DNA of 44,360 nt from Octopus bimaculoides (GCF_001194135.2 NC_068983.1:36591621-36635980), one strand, 5' to 3'; numbered from the stretch's first letter, positions 1 to 11,765 are shown. The notes: generated by a model not told the origin, from the letters alone. Program-made: numbers and translations.

Positions 1-21
1 ATATATATATAATGTTGTTTT

Positions 22-270
22 CACTGTCCATTTTTTCCTGTCTTGGTTTGTGTCTGCCACCTTGGAATCCTCTGTTTAGTGGGTCAATCTACTACTCAGG
101 AAGAGACTATTCTAGAGTACGTTCTGCCTTATCTTCGAAACGTCTAGTTAGAATAGAGGCAGCTGACGAAGGATTAATTCCAAGTGGCTATCTGTTTTCC
201 TATGTGTTCGTTCCGTGGTCTGTATTTTATTGTTCTAACATCCTGTACCCTGATATGCATCTATATACAC
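22..270 (+). mobile_element. Penelope-LTR-like repeat, copy 1 (carrier of the permuted hammerhead)
   Basis: Shares anchors with 16302-16575: 'ttttcctgtcttg..tgtc[tc]gccac', 'cttcgaaacg', 'agctga[ct]gaagga', 'gtggct', 'tcctgtacc..gatatgca.ctata'. The Penelope assignment is inferred from the hammerhead cores. Confidence 0.55.
107..173 (+). ncRNA. Candidate non-circularly permuted hammerhead ribozyme, copy 1 (GUU triplet, probably weakened)
   Basis: ACGT-T(119-123)|CTGCCT(124-129); CTTC-GAAA-CGT(133-143); AGGCAG-CTGACGA-A-GGA(157-173). Stem I 6 bp, stem III 4 bp, stem II 3 bp, extension helix CTATTCTA(107-114)/TAGAATAG(149-156). Confidence 0.55.
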
Positions 271-322
271 ATGTAGATGTAAGTATGTACATATATGTGT
301 GTATACATGTATATATTTTCTT

Positions 323-324
<2 letters not shown>

Positions 325-394
<70 letters not shown>

Positions 395-417
395 CACACA
401 CACACACACACACACAC
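325..417. repeat. (TA)n-(CA)n microsatellite
   Basis: Pure dinucleotide runs visible in the sequence. Confidence 0.97.
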
Positions 418-579
418 TTGTATGCATAGACATGTGTATAAATCATTATCATTTTAATGCCCACTTTTCTACACTAATGTGTGTGTGTGTATTTATATAT
501 CACATGATAGGCCAAACTATCAGATGTTGTTATACATTGTTGATCACAATGTGCTATACAACAGTTTAGCTTTTAACAC

Positions 580-776
580 TACTGGTCAGGTAAGCAGGCC
601 AACATTTTCTCCAATCAGAAGGCTAATCCATCGCAGGCTTACCAGTTTACAGCTGAATGGACAATAGCAATGAAGTATTTTGCTCAAGAACACAATGCTC
701 CATTCAATCGGAGAATCAAACCTACAGTCACTAGATCACGAGCGTAACACCTTTACCACAAGGCTACATGCCTTCA
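580..776 (-). mobile_element. tRNA-headed SINE, family D, decayed
   Basis: Minus strand begins gtgaaggcatgtagccttgtggtaaagg (box A-like), has a box B-like gtttgattc, then 'tgttcttgagcaaaatacttca'. Confidence 0.6.
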
Positions 777-1203
777 CACACTCACATATATATTTGAGTG
801 TGTGTGTATATATATGTATGAATATGTATTTGTATGTATGTGAATATAAATACGCGAGTGGGTGGATAAATGGATGGAAGGGAAGACAGATATTTCTTCA
901 TTTGTGTGAATTCACTCAAATAACAAAACGAACAATTTTCTGGGAATCATCAGCTTCAAATAAATAACTAAACCCTAATATATGGCTTGAGTACTTTTCC
1001 TCTCCCTTTTATACAGAAAACAAATCACAAACCACCCCACCACCACTAAATATGCTATCAGTAGACCCTCTCCTAATACTACCACCATCAGAAGTAGACG
1101 TACTACCACCCTACAGTAAAGCCATAGCTGACATCACCACCAACACTACCACCTCAAAGTAATACACAATACACCCACAGATATATCTATCTATATATCT
1201 ATA

Positions 1204-1236
<33 letters not shown>

Positions 1237-1429
1237 GAGACAAAAATAGATTTGTGTTCTTCAGATAGTTATTAATATTGTTTCCAGTGAATCTGGTCAA
1301 ATTTAGAGATGTGATCCAAAGTGTAAATGATGAGATGAACAGAGATAAGAGATTTCCAAGCTTGCCAGAAGCATACAGATGTATGATGCACCAATGTCTC
1401 TCAATGAGATGTAATTAAAATGATAGCTA

Positions 1430-1830
1430 TTAATATGCACGCACAAACTCTCATACACACATATATACACATATTTTTATATACATACATACACACACAC
1501 ACACACTCCTATATGTGTGTGTGTTGCATATTTTTATCATACTCATGTGACCCAAAATACCTGTAGCATTTTAAAATCTTCTGTTTGTGTGTTCATATGT
1601 ATGTATTTATATGCATGTATGTACATGTGTATTCATACACAGCCATCTGTATGTGCATGTGTGTGTGTATATATTATACATACACACAAATGCATATGCA
1701 TGCAAGCACATACGTGTATGTGTGCATCTGTATGTACATGGATGCATGTGTATGTACATGTATAATTAGTTATTCACTTTGTGCATGAGTTCATGGGTGT
1801 GCATACTTGTATGCATGTTTATATGTGATC
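1430..1830. repeat. Degenerate (TA/CA/TG)n low-complexity tract
   Basis: Alternating purine-pyrimidine text such as gtatgtacatgtgtat. Confidence 0.85.
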
Positions 1831-2160
1831 TTCGAAACAGACATACAGACATACATGCCACACAAACAGAGACACATGTCTAGCAGGAAGCTTCTTTCAA
1901 TTCTACCATATTCTCGGTTATAATGATTAAATGAAAGCAAGCATCAATAATTCAAGATTCCTGTACATGATCAGTATCCAATCCTCATTATTTTAACATT
2001 TGATATTCTTCATTTTTATTGGATGGCTACATTGATAAATACAATATTTTCCCATCTTCATCTTAATTAAATAGATAAAAACATTATTACTCTTATTTTA
2101 CAAATCAAAGAGACCTTGGACCAAATCTAGTTTGGAAGAAATCTAGGAATGAGCCTAAGT

Positions 2161-2318
2161 GCAGGCATGGCTGTGTGGTTAAGAAGTTTGTTTCTCAATC
2201 CTGTGGTTTTGGGTTCAGTCCCAATAGGCAACACCTAGGGAAAGTGCCTTCTTCTGTTGCCTAGACCAATCAAATCTTTGTGAGTGGATCTGGTACACAG
2301 ACACTGAAAAAAGCCTAC

Positions 2319-2320
<2 letters not shown>
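2161..2320 (+). mobile_element. tRNA-headed SINE family A, head
   Basis: gcaggcatggctgtgtggttaagaag (box A), gggttcagtccc (box B), 'cacctagggaaagtgccttct'. Homologous to 15701, 22060 and 32871. Confidence 0.85.
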
Positions 2321-2352
<32 letters not shown>

Positions 2353-2515
2353 NNNNNNNNNNNNNNNNNNNNNNNNNNNNNNNNNNNNNNNNNNNNNNNN
2401 NNNNNNNNNNNNNNNNNNNNNNNNNNNNNNNNNNNNNNNNNNNNNNNNNNNNNNNNNNNNNNNNNNNNNNNNNNNNNNNNNNNNNNNNNNNNNNNNNNNN
2501 NNNNNNNNNNNNNNN

Positions 2516-2554
<39 letters not shown>

Positions 2555-2654
2555 AAATTGAATTCAAAACAGGAGTACACATTTTCTAAATTTGGTAAGT
2601 GCCAATGCACGAAACTCTCAGTTGTTGAGTCACTCTGTAACTTCTGACATGTGT

Positions 2655-2853
2655 GTGTGTTGTGTTTGACCACCACCTCACTTGACAGCTGGTGTTGGTT
2701 TGTTTGTCCCAATAACTTAGCAATACAGCAAAAGTGACTGACAGAATAAGTACTAGACTTTTAAGAAATAAGTACTGGGATTGATTTGTTTGACTAAACT
2801 CTTCAAAATGGTTCCCCAGCCTGGCTGCAGTCCAGCAACTAAAATAAGTAGAA
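2655..2853 (+). mobile_element. SINE family A, tail
   Basis: 'cttgacagctggtgttgg...agaataagtactagact...ccagcctggctgcagtc' matches the tails at 16730-16912 and 33065-33288. Confidence 0.8.
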
Positions 2854-2929
2854 AATAATACTGACCATCACTAGGGTATTTTTTAAGGCTTAGATAAGAA
2901 AAAGAGATTATACCCTTAACATTCACAGC

Positions 2930-3960
<1,031 letters not shown>

Positions 3961-4136
3961 GAGGTTACTGAAAGAATAATCTCAATTTATCACAATTAAT
4001 CATAAATCTCCTACTGAGAATAACATAAGTGTTCAGCTGTTCAATGAACTGAGAAACCCATTCATTGAATTAGCATGCTAAACTGGATGAGTATTCCACA
4101 GCTATGTGTACCTTCAGTGTAATTCTAAATTGGAAT

Positions 4137-4500
4137 CATTATCATCATTTAACATCCATTTTCCATGCTGGCATGGGTTGGATGGTTCAACAGGAGCTGG
4201 CTGCACTAAGCTCTGTTTGCTTTGGTATGGTTTCGACAACCAAATGCCTTCTTAATGCCAACCACTTTACAAAAAGTACTTGGTGCTTTTTACATGGCAT
4301 AAGTGACAGCAATATCACCAAATAACTTGTAAGACAAGAACCCTCAACTGAAGGGGTGGAGTATTGATGGAGGTGGTTTTGTGCTATGATAGAGAGAAAT
4401 AGGTCCCTTGCTGTAGAGGAGATACATGGTAACCCCAGTCTGAGGAAAGAGAGAAGGTGGTGAGGAAGACGTGTCAGGGTATACTCTCAAGGTACAGGGA
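4137..4500 (-). mobile_element. (GAT)n-tailed retroelement 3' end, family E (RTE LINE 3'UTR or RTE-dependent SINE)
   Basis: 'catcatttaacatccattttccatgctggcatgggttgg' is shared with 10160-10237 (reverse), 22545, 24020-24075 (reverse), 24397 and 30575. The RTE link is inferred from the short tandem tail. Confidence 0.65.
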
Positions 4501-4660
4501 GGTGAACATAAGTGCTACAGAGGTTTGGACAGGGTAAGTAGGCAGTGGAACATGTGAATTACTGGTACAGTCCAGCTAGAAGGCTTCTATGATTTCTTCT
4601 TTGGTTTCTGTCAACGTAATTTCTCACATGATACATGGATTGACTAGTGGCAAGGATAAG

Positions 4661-4750
4661 AAACATTTGCCCAATATATCACCTAGTGGGATTGAACCTG
4701 GAACCTCATGGTTGTGAAGCAAACTTCTTAACCATTCAGCCACCCCTGCA
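4661..4750 (-). mobile_element. SINE family A head fragment
   Basis: 'gggattgaacctggaacctcatggttgtgaagcaaacttcttaaccattcagccacccctgc' is the reverse complement of the family A head. Confidence 0.7.
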
Positions 4751-4944
4751 GCCATCATAATTAATAACTCATTAATCTGTCAATGTTAATTAATAATTGA
4801 TAAAGAAACAATAACTGATTAGTCAGTAAATATTTTAACAATCATTCTTGTAACAGATTATGGATAAGAATGGTTCAAGAATAAATTACTGTTCCAGAAA
4901 TATGGAAGGAAGTATTCGCTGCTAATTCCAAATGAGTGCAGACA

Positions 4945-5095
4945 AGATTGTATAGTTAGGAGGTTCACTTTGTAAGAACAAGGTTTCAGGTTCAAACCCA
5001 CCAAGTGGTACCTTGAGTAAGCAAGTTGTTTGTTGTAGCCTCTAATTGTCTAAATCCTTGAGATTGAAATTTGGCAGACAGAGACTGCATAGAAG
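4945..5095 (+). mobile_element. SINE family A head, heavily decayed
   Basis: ggttcaaacccacc box B followed by 'ggtaccttgagtaagc'. Confidence 0.5.
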
Positions 5096-5147
5096 ACCAT
5101 TGGCAGAACTCTTCTGTTTTTGGAGTAATAGATTTATTATCTCTTAA

Positions 5148-5358
5148 CCATTTTGTTACCATATTTCTGCTTTTTTTTTCAATTAATTTTGAAAATAATG
5201 AAGAATTTAGTAAAATGATTTTGTCAGTATTAAGCTGATGTTTGGAACATAAATTAAGATGAAAGTTTGAGAGAAAGTATTAATTTAGATCACTTTAAAC
5301 TTGAAGTTTATTGCAGACTGAGGCGTGGCAAGTCTCAGGCAAGTTGGTATTAAAAACG
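5148..5358. mobile_element. TTAA-flanked piggyBac-like MITE, decayed
   Basis: TTAA at 5144-5147 and 5359-5362. Degenerate TIRs ccattttgttacca / tggtattaaaaacg. Confidence 0.5.
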
Positions 5359-5596
5359 TTAATCAAAACCCCACCATATGGCCTTGGGTGCTTTTAGCAG
5401 AGTCCATTCTATTGTAAGCATTCATGCCAAGTTTCAGTACAGAGAATAACCTACCCACTTCTTTCCACCCACATCAAAAACCCTGAAAAAAGAAGGTCAT
5501 TAATGTGACCCTTCTTCCTTTAAGTCACTTATAAAATAAAAAAACATACATTACAAATAATACTTCCCTTGCAGTCATGCCTGACTTCATTTGTGA

Positions 5597-5668
5597 AGAA
5601 TAAAAGGTTGTTCGTGTAGAGTTGCAGAAATCAAATAATTGTTGAAAGAAAATGAAATAAAATTGAAG
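5597..5668 (+). repeat. 72-bp perfect direct repeat, copy 1 (copy 2 at 6590-6661)
   Basis: agaataaaaggttgttcgtgtagagttgcagaaatcaaataattgttgaaagaaaatgaaataaaattgaag is identical at both sites. Confidence 0.95.
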
Positions 5669-5899
5669 CATAAGAAAAAAAAGTTATTCACAATTACAAA
5701 GAGTGTTGAAAAACCAAACAAGATATAAGCAGATATTTTATGAAGTAATAGAATACAAAAGAAAAAACACCTATTTGGAGGTGAAGCAGTTTAGTTTTAT
5801 AATTTTCACTTGTAGTTTTTAAGGTGTCTGTTCCATCAGTTTTATTAACTAAAGTTTGTGGTTAACAAATAGTTATGTAATAATAGCAGGCTGTCTGGC

Positions 5900-6357
5900 A
5901 GTATCACAGCAATGTATGGTGAACTATGTAAACAATAAATATGGATAAAGAAAATGTCATACAGCAATGTATGGTGAGCTGTGCAGACAATAAAAATAGA
6001 AAAGGAACATTGCCACAGTAATGAATTGTGAGCTCTGAAAACTAGAATGGCCAGAGAGCAATGTCATACAACAATGTATGGTGAGCCAAGTCGCTAATAA
6101 ACACGAGTAGTGGAGTAATGCCAGAGAGCAAGTAAGGTGAGCTACACAGACATAAACAGGGATAAGGAACAATGTCACACAACAATGTATGGTGAACCAT
6201 TTAACCCATAACAAGAACAAGAGGTAATGTTACACAGTAATGTATGGTGAGCTATATAGACAATGATGAACAGGCAACAATGTCATGCAGTAATGTATGG
6301 TGAGTTACATAGGCAATAAACAGGGATAAGGAGAATGTATGGTGAGTTATGTACACA
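5900..6357 (+). repeat. Degenerate minisatellite, about 9 units of about 54 bp
   Basis: Core 'aatgtatggtgag/a' recurs near 5911, 5966, 6073, 6184, 6239, 6293 and 6333, with variants near 6020 and 6130. Confidence 0.9.
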
Positions 6358-6589
6358 AATATGCATAATGGCTTCTGTGAGTTACATCTATTTATGGAAA
6401 ATTTAGTATGAAGAGTTTTGAACAATAACTTTGTTTGGAAAGGAGTTTTAAAGTTCACCTAGATTTTCATAGGAGCCATGACAAAGGCAATTTAGTATTC
6501 ATAATCTTGATAATGGACAATTTATAGGAAAATAAAGGCGTGGTCAAGAAGACTTGGGTGTGTGGAAGTGTATGGGTGGGGAGATAGAC

Positions 6590-6661
6590 AGAATAAAAGG
6601 TTGTTCGTGTAGAGTTGCAGAAATCAAATAATTGTTGAAAGAAAATGAAATAAAATTGAAG
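6590..6661 (+). repeat. 72-bp perfect direct repeat, copy 2
   Basis: Identical to 5597-5668. 'cagaata' occurs at 6589-6595 and again at 6663-6669. Confidence 0.95.
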
Positions 6662-7056
6662 GCAGAATAGCTTAAAGTATTAAAATCATAGCCGAGACAG
6701 CTTAGATAAAAGTAAAAGAGGAAAAAGTGACCTTGATCAGTATTATAAAATTGGAGTAAATACTTAAATACTCTGAAGGTATTTCATTTAGTGGGTGTAT
6801 AGTGAGAGGAACATTCCATACAAACTATTTACATTTCAATCATTCACAATACACTGAAGTAATTAGCTATATATTCAGTCCACCTCCAGATATAATGAAG
6901 AACAAAAGTATGTCTTTTGAAGAAGTAAATAAGTTTAGTTACTATGGCAGTGTATTTTAGTATTTGAGGGATAGGACCAAGTGGCAACATAATAATTAGT
7001 AGGGCAGGAACAATATGGAGATGGAGCTTAAATAATTTCTAATTATGTTACATCAA

Positions 7057-7200
7057 GGCACAGGCATAGCTTGTGTGGTTGAGAAGCTTGCTTCCCAACC
7101 ATGTGTTCTTAGGTTCAGTCCCACTGTTTGGTAATTTGGGCATGGGTCTTTAGCTATGGCCCCAGGCCAACCCAAACTTAATGAGTGGATTTGGTAGGTG
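7057..7200 (+). mobile_element. SINE family A head
   Basis: ggcacaggcatagcttgtgtggttgagaagcttgcttcccaacc...ggttcagtcccac. Confidence 0.8.
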
Positions 7201-7201
7201 G

Positions 7202-7490
7202 ACAAAGATATAAAAGGTGAGGGATCAAAGGCATGAAAGGTGAGAGGTCAAAGGTATGGAGAAGGTGGAGAGAAATGTATGAAGAACGAAAGAGCAAACT
7301 TATGGAAGTTGAGAGGACAAATGTATGAAAGGTGACGAGTCAAAGGTATGAAGGGTGAGGGATTAAATGTATGACAGGTCAAGAGTCAAAGGTTTAGAGA
7401 AGATGAAGGCCAAAGTTATAAAGAATGAGGGTTCAACAGTATCAGGTATGAAGGATTAAAAGTATGAAGTGAGAGGAGGGGATTAAGGTA
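7202..7490 (+). repeat. Purine-rich degenerate minisatellite, unit about 21 bp
   Basis: Recurring 'caaaggtatgaa[ag]ggtgag'. Confidence 0.8.
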
Positions 7491-8805
7491 CTGGACAAAT
7501 CTCACATTCAAACTACAACACCAGAATTGTATTTTCATACAGGCAGTTACTCTTTTTCACTCAAATTTGCAGGTCTTGAGCTTAACCCTACCATGCCATG
7601 TTCCTGGTAGAGTGGAAATAGCATAGAGGCAATCCCATTAAAACAGTACAAAAGATTAAATACTAAAAATAGACAATCAATTGTGTTACAACTTTGCAGT
7701 CAAGTGTGTTCATGACTCATTGTTTATGGCATCCCCCATGGCTGTTGTTTACTTTTGTTGTTAATGGGAAAAAAGAAGATTTTATTGCAATGAAACAAGT
7801 GTGTGATAAAACCAGCACTTTGTCTCATAAATGAGCAAGACCTAGTCTCTTTACAGTCAAGGAAATTACTGATGATATTTATTCTTCAGACCAAAGAGTT
7901 TACCCTTATGCAGACAAAGAGTGATTTGAACAAACCAGTAAAAGTGATGAGGAAAGTAGTAATTCAGGTGAACATATACAATAGTTGAGAGATGATAGGC
8001 CTATTACTGCTATTCTCCTGAATTTTCTTTGTGATCCTGTCCGTTAGTCTGCCTGCAATCATTACTTTTGAGTTGTGTATGCAAGAGTTTTTTTTTTTTT
8101 TTCTCGCTCAGGAGCCCTAGTGGAAGGTAAAGTTAGAAACAAAGGCCGAGATCTGAGAGGGTTGACCCCATTTCTCAGAGCAGAAAGCAAATTTGAGAGA
8201 AACCTCCCTTTGGATTGGTTATTAATTGAACCCAGGTAACTTTCCCAATGACCTGATAACAGAAGTCATATAGATTTAAGAATCTTGTCCAGAAACATAA
8301 TGAAACATCTTCAATGGACATAAATTCATAGGCTATAATTCGTAAATTAATCAAGGCATGAGGAGAAGGGGCCATGAACATTGCAGCTAGATTGGTGAAA
8401 TTGACGTGTCTCATGTTTTGTATAGATATTTTGGGGTTAGGGTGTGTCAGTGGGGACAGAACCAAGAATCTATATCAAACGAGCTAGAATGATGGGCTTA
8501 CTACTCAAAGATGCAATAGAAATACAAATAATAAAGAGAAACAGAATCAGTTCACAGTTCAAGAGTAAACAAAATACAGCAGGAATACAGATTATAATAA
8601 ATCTGATGGGTTAGCTATAAAATCAGAGAATTACAACACCACCATTCTAAACCAGCCAGGCAACCATCCAACCTACCTATCTACCTGCCTGCCTACCTTG
8701 ATATCTACCTGTTTAAAACATCAAACCACTTAGCTATGTACTTCTTTGTAGTTGCCTTATAACTAAGATGCCATCAACGGTGCCTCCTCTTAGAACAAAA
8801 CTAAA

Positions 8806-9345
8806 CTAGATCTCACCAAGGCTAATTTTCTTCCTAATCAATTGTGTTGTAAGTTTTTCTGTAACTTTCATGACCTGGCCTGGCAATTTTACACCTCTGT
8901 AATCACCACTCCCTAGCCTATCACCTTTGCCCTTGTAGCAGTTGATTGTGATACTGTTGCACTTGCCAGTAATTATGACAACTTCCTGTTCTACTTGATT
9001 GACCATGCAAGTTATCAGAACATTCCCTACTTCACGAGATAATCTAAGGGGTTCAATGACTATCTCCAGTGGACTAGCTAGCTTTCTGGCTTACATCTTC
9101 TTAGCTTGTGGCCACACTGCTATCATCAAGAATGGCTGGTCTTGTGTTGGGCCTACTCGGGATACACTCTCAATCTTTCCCTAAAGCATTTTCTTCATTG
9201 AACATCACCTTACAGTACTACTTCCATGTCTCTTTCATTTTGTCATCAGTAATGGCAAGTGGACCATTATTATTCTGCACTCACTTCTCTCCAATGATGT
9301 TTCTATCACCGCCTTGCAATCCAGAACACCACTGGTATCCATTAC
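8806..9345 (-). pseudogene. RTE-clade LINE ORF2 relic (EN-RT linker and start of RT)
   Basis: Minus-strand translation NCYKGKGDRLGSGDYRGVKLPGQVMKVTEKLTTQLIRKKISLGEI matches the YKGKGD..NYRGIKL..MK..E motif at the start of RTE RT. Upstream text DIIGEK.V.NNNGPLAITDD..KETWK, with stops and frameshifts. Confidence 0.8.
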
Positions 9346-9777
9346 ACCCCACTGACACCCTACTTTACTTCCTCTTACCCCAGATCACCACTCTCTTATC
9401 TTACTTCATCTGTCCTCATAACTACCCATCACTCATGCTCTCTCTTTGCAGCTAAACTTTACACTATTTAGCTACCTCCTCCACTCCCTTGGCCACATTT
9501 CTACAACTATCCACTATATACTTTCTCTCTTATCAGAAGGCAGCTGCCAATATTGTTTCTCTCCCATTACCCTCTGTCATTACTTTCCTCTACTACTTCA
9601 TTGACCATTCTTTCTTTCTCCATCCTACCTCCCCATCATTCTCTCCCACTCTAGTTCATCCTCTGCTCATGTGTGTGTGTGTTGAGTTATAATTTTTGAG
9701 CTTCTTTTACAAGAATTTTGATCTGAAAATTGTATTAAAATCAATATTGCTGCATATTGAAAGGGTCACATTATTAA

Positions 9778-10337
9778 CCCTTTAGCATTTAAACCAGCCA
9801 TATCTGGCCAAAATATTATCCGTGTTTTTATCTTCAAACTGGCCAGCTCCAACATGTCATATTTACCCTAAAATATTATTGTAAAAATAAACAATCACAT
9901 GACCAATGCCAGTGTTACACAACTGGTACCTGTGCCAGTAGCATGTAAAAAGCACCATTTGAACATTGGTCTTCATGGAGGCAGTGACAAGTGATATACT
10001 GTGCTTGAGAAGACCTGTCAAGCCAAGTGAGATTGTAGTCATGGCTGATGCTGGTGTTACATAACTAACACCCATGTTGGTGGCACTTGGAGTGGTTGGC
10101 ATTAGGAAGGGCATCCAGCTGTAGAAACCAAGCCAAATCAGATTGGAATCTGGTGCCGCTCCCCAGCTAATCAGTTTTCAGTTAAGTCATCCAACCCATG
10201 CCAACATAGAACATGGATGTTAAATGATGATGATGATGTCATTGATATCTCAAAGCTACAAGATAATGCATGATTAACTGAAAACAATGTGAATGAATAA
10301 GCATTACATTTGACAGAAGTATCTGAATGCTAAAGAG
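9778..10337. mobile_element. TTAA-flanked piggyBac-like MITE interrupted by a family E insertion
   Basis: TTAA(9774-9777)+ccctttagcatt ... aatgctaaagag+TTAA(10338-10341). Confidence 0.75.
9901..10237 (+). mobile_element. Family E (GAT)n-tailed retroelement nested in the MITE
   Basis: 'ggagtggttggcattaggaagggcatccagctgtagaaac...ccaacccatgcc...gttaaatgatgatgatgat'. Confidence 0.75.
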
Positions 10338-10469
10338 TTAAAAATCTACCAACACACTCACCAGTTATTGTTTGACTATATTTCTTTTTACTTCTTTTCT
10401 CTCACCAGAAATTATTTTTGTTACATCACATCTATGGTCTGGTTGGTGATCAAATAATAGTATCAAGGG

Positions 10470-10800
10470 AAGATTTGTGGTCTTTCCTAAGTCCATACAA
10501 TATAGGCATGCTGTCTTTGTTAGTTGCCTGAACATTGTTTCCAGTACATTTTCTTGGTTGGAGGATGTCAACATGACATTCTTATATAAGCATTAAGGAG
10601 CTTTTTTATCCTTTTGTTGTTCCTTCACTCATGTCACTAATATGTAGATCTACCAATTGAACATAGTTTAGCAAACCATCTGCAAACATTCTCACAGACT
10701 TATCCATCAGAGAAGAATGCTAATTTTCTAGTTTTAAAACACTGCTTCAGTTTTCCTAAACCATTTCCGACTCCAGTATCAATTTAATCAGTATCCGTCC
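10470..10800 (-). pseudogene. Penelope-like RT N-terminal relic
   Basis: Minus strand of 10474-10509 reads MPILYGLRKDHK (P.LYGL.K.HK motif of PLE RTs), and 10681-10710 reads LMDKSVRMFA (DKS/DKG-like). Confidence 0.5.
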
Positions 10801-11179
10801 ATTAATATTTCCAGTTGTCTTAAAATTTGTCTTAGTTTCTTTTTAGCCAGTGTAAAATGTTGCTTCTGTTTCCTTATTTGAATATAATGGAATACAGACA
10901 TGCTTATTAAATGGTTGGATGTATGCATTTCATATCATGATTTATCAGAGGGACCGGAGAAGGAGTTTTCATGGTTATTAGTATTGCTGTCATCTGTGTT
11001 AATCATGGGATTAGAGTTAAGATCAGCATTGTTGTTACCAATGTTTCATATTCCTGGTGGAGTTGTCGTTATGCCTGTTATTTATGAATTTTCATCCAAT
11101 TTATGCGAAAGCCTGCCATACACAAGGTGATCAAAAATATTAAGATGTCTATTTAAAATTGAAAAACTTTCACTCAAAT

Positions 11180-11765
11180 TAGATGGCAATTACCACGTTT
11201 CAGGTTCAGTTCAACTGTAGGACACCTTGGGCAAGTGTCTTCTACTACAGGCCTGATAGACGGAAACTGCAAGAAGCCTGTCATATGTGTTATTTCTTTA
11301 CTACCCACAGGGGGCTACACACAGAGGGGACAAACAAGGACAGACAAACGGATTAAGTCGATTATACCGACCCCAGTGCGTAACTGGTACTTATTTAATC
11401 GACCCAGAAAGGATGAAAGGCAAAGTCGACCTCAGCGGAATTTGAACTCAGAACGTAGCGGCAGACGAAATACCGCTAAGCATTTCGCCCGGCGTGCTAA
11501 CGTTTCTGCCAGCTCGCCGCCTGTCATATGTGTGTATATATGTATATGTGTGTGCAATGGTCTTTGTGTCCATCTACCTCACTAACTGCTTGACAACTGA
11601 TGTTGGTTTATGTCTCTGACTTAGCAATTCAGGATAAGGAGATCAATAGGATAAGTACTAAATCTTAAAAAAAAAAAAGGATACTGGTGTCAATTTGCTT
11701 GACTAAAACCCTTCAAGGCAGTACTCCAGCATGGCTGCCGTCAGATGATTGAAACAAGTAAAAGG
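11180..11765 (+). mobile_element. SINE family A copy split by a family B insertion
   Basis: Head 'caggttcagttc..gacaccttgggcaagtgtcttctacta' and tail 'cttgacaactgatg...ccagcatggctgccgtc...acaagtaaaag'. Confidence 0.75.
11291..11521 (-). mobile_element. Young tRNA-headed SINE family B with 13-15 bp TSD
   Basis: Minus strand ggcggcgagctggcagaaacgttagc...gttctgagttcaaattccgctgaggtcgactttgcctttcatcctttctgggtcga. 'gcctgtcatatgtgt' occurs at 11276-11290 and 11519-11533. CpGs are retained. Confidence 0.9.

Noticed and set aside
92-106. Upstream ctcaggaagag as the CUGANGA strand of a canonical type I hammerhead
   Set aside because: The core is mismatched in copy 1 and absent in copy 2 (ccatggga), while the downstream CTGANGA with a 6-bp stem I is intact in both. 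It is kept only as a possible competing fold.
12-569. 185-aa ORF and the other YI/CV/TH/SL-rich ORFs across the window
   Set aside because: They are translations of (TA)n, (CA)n and (GA)n microsatellites, which lack stops in some frames; no domain content.
5900-6357. CRISPR-like look of a constant core with variable spacers
   Set aside because: The context is eukaryotic, the core is short and degenerate, the spacers are related to each other, and there are no cas genes.
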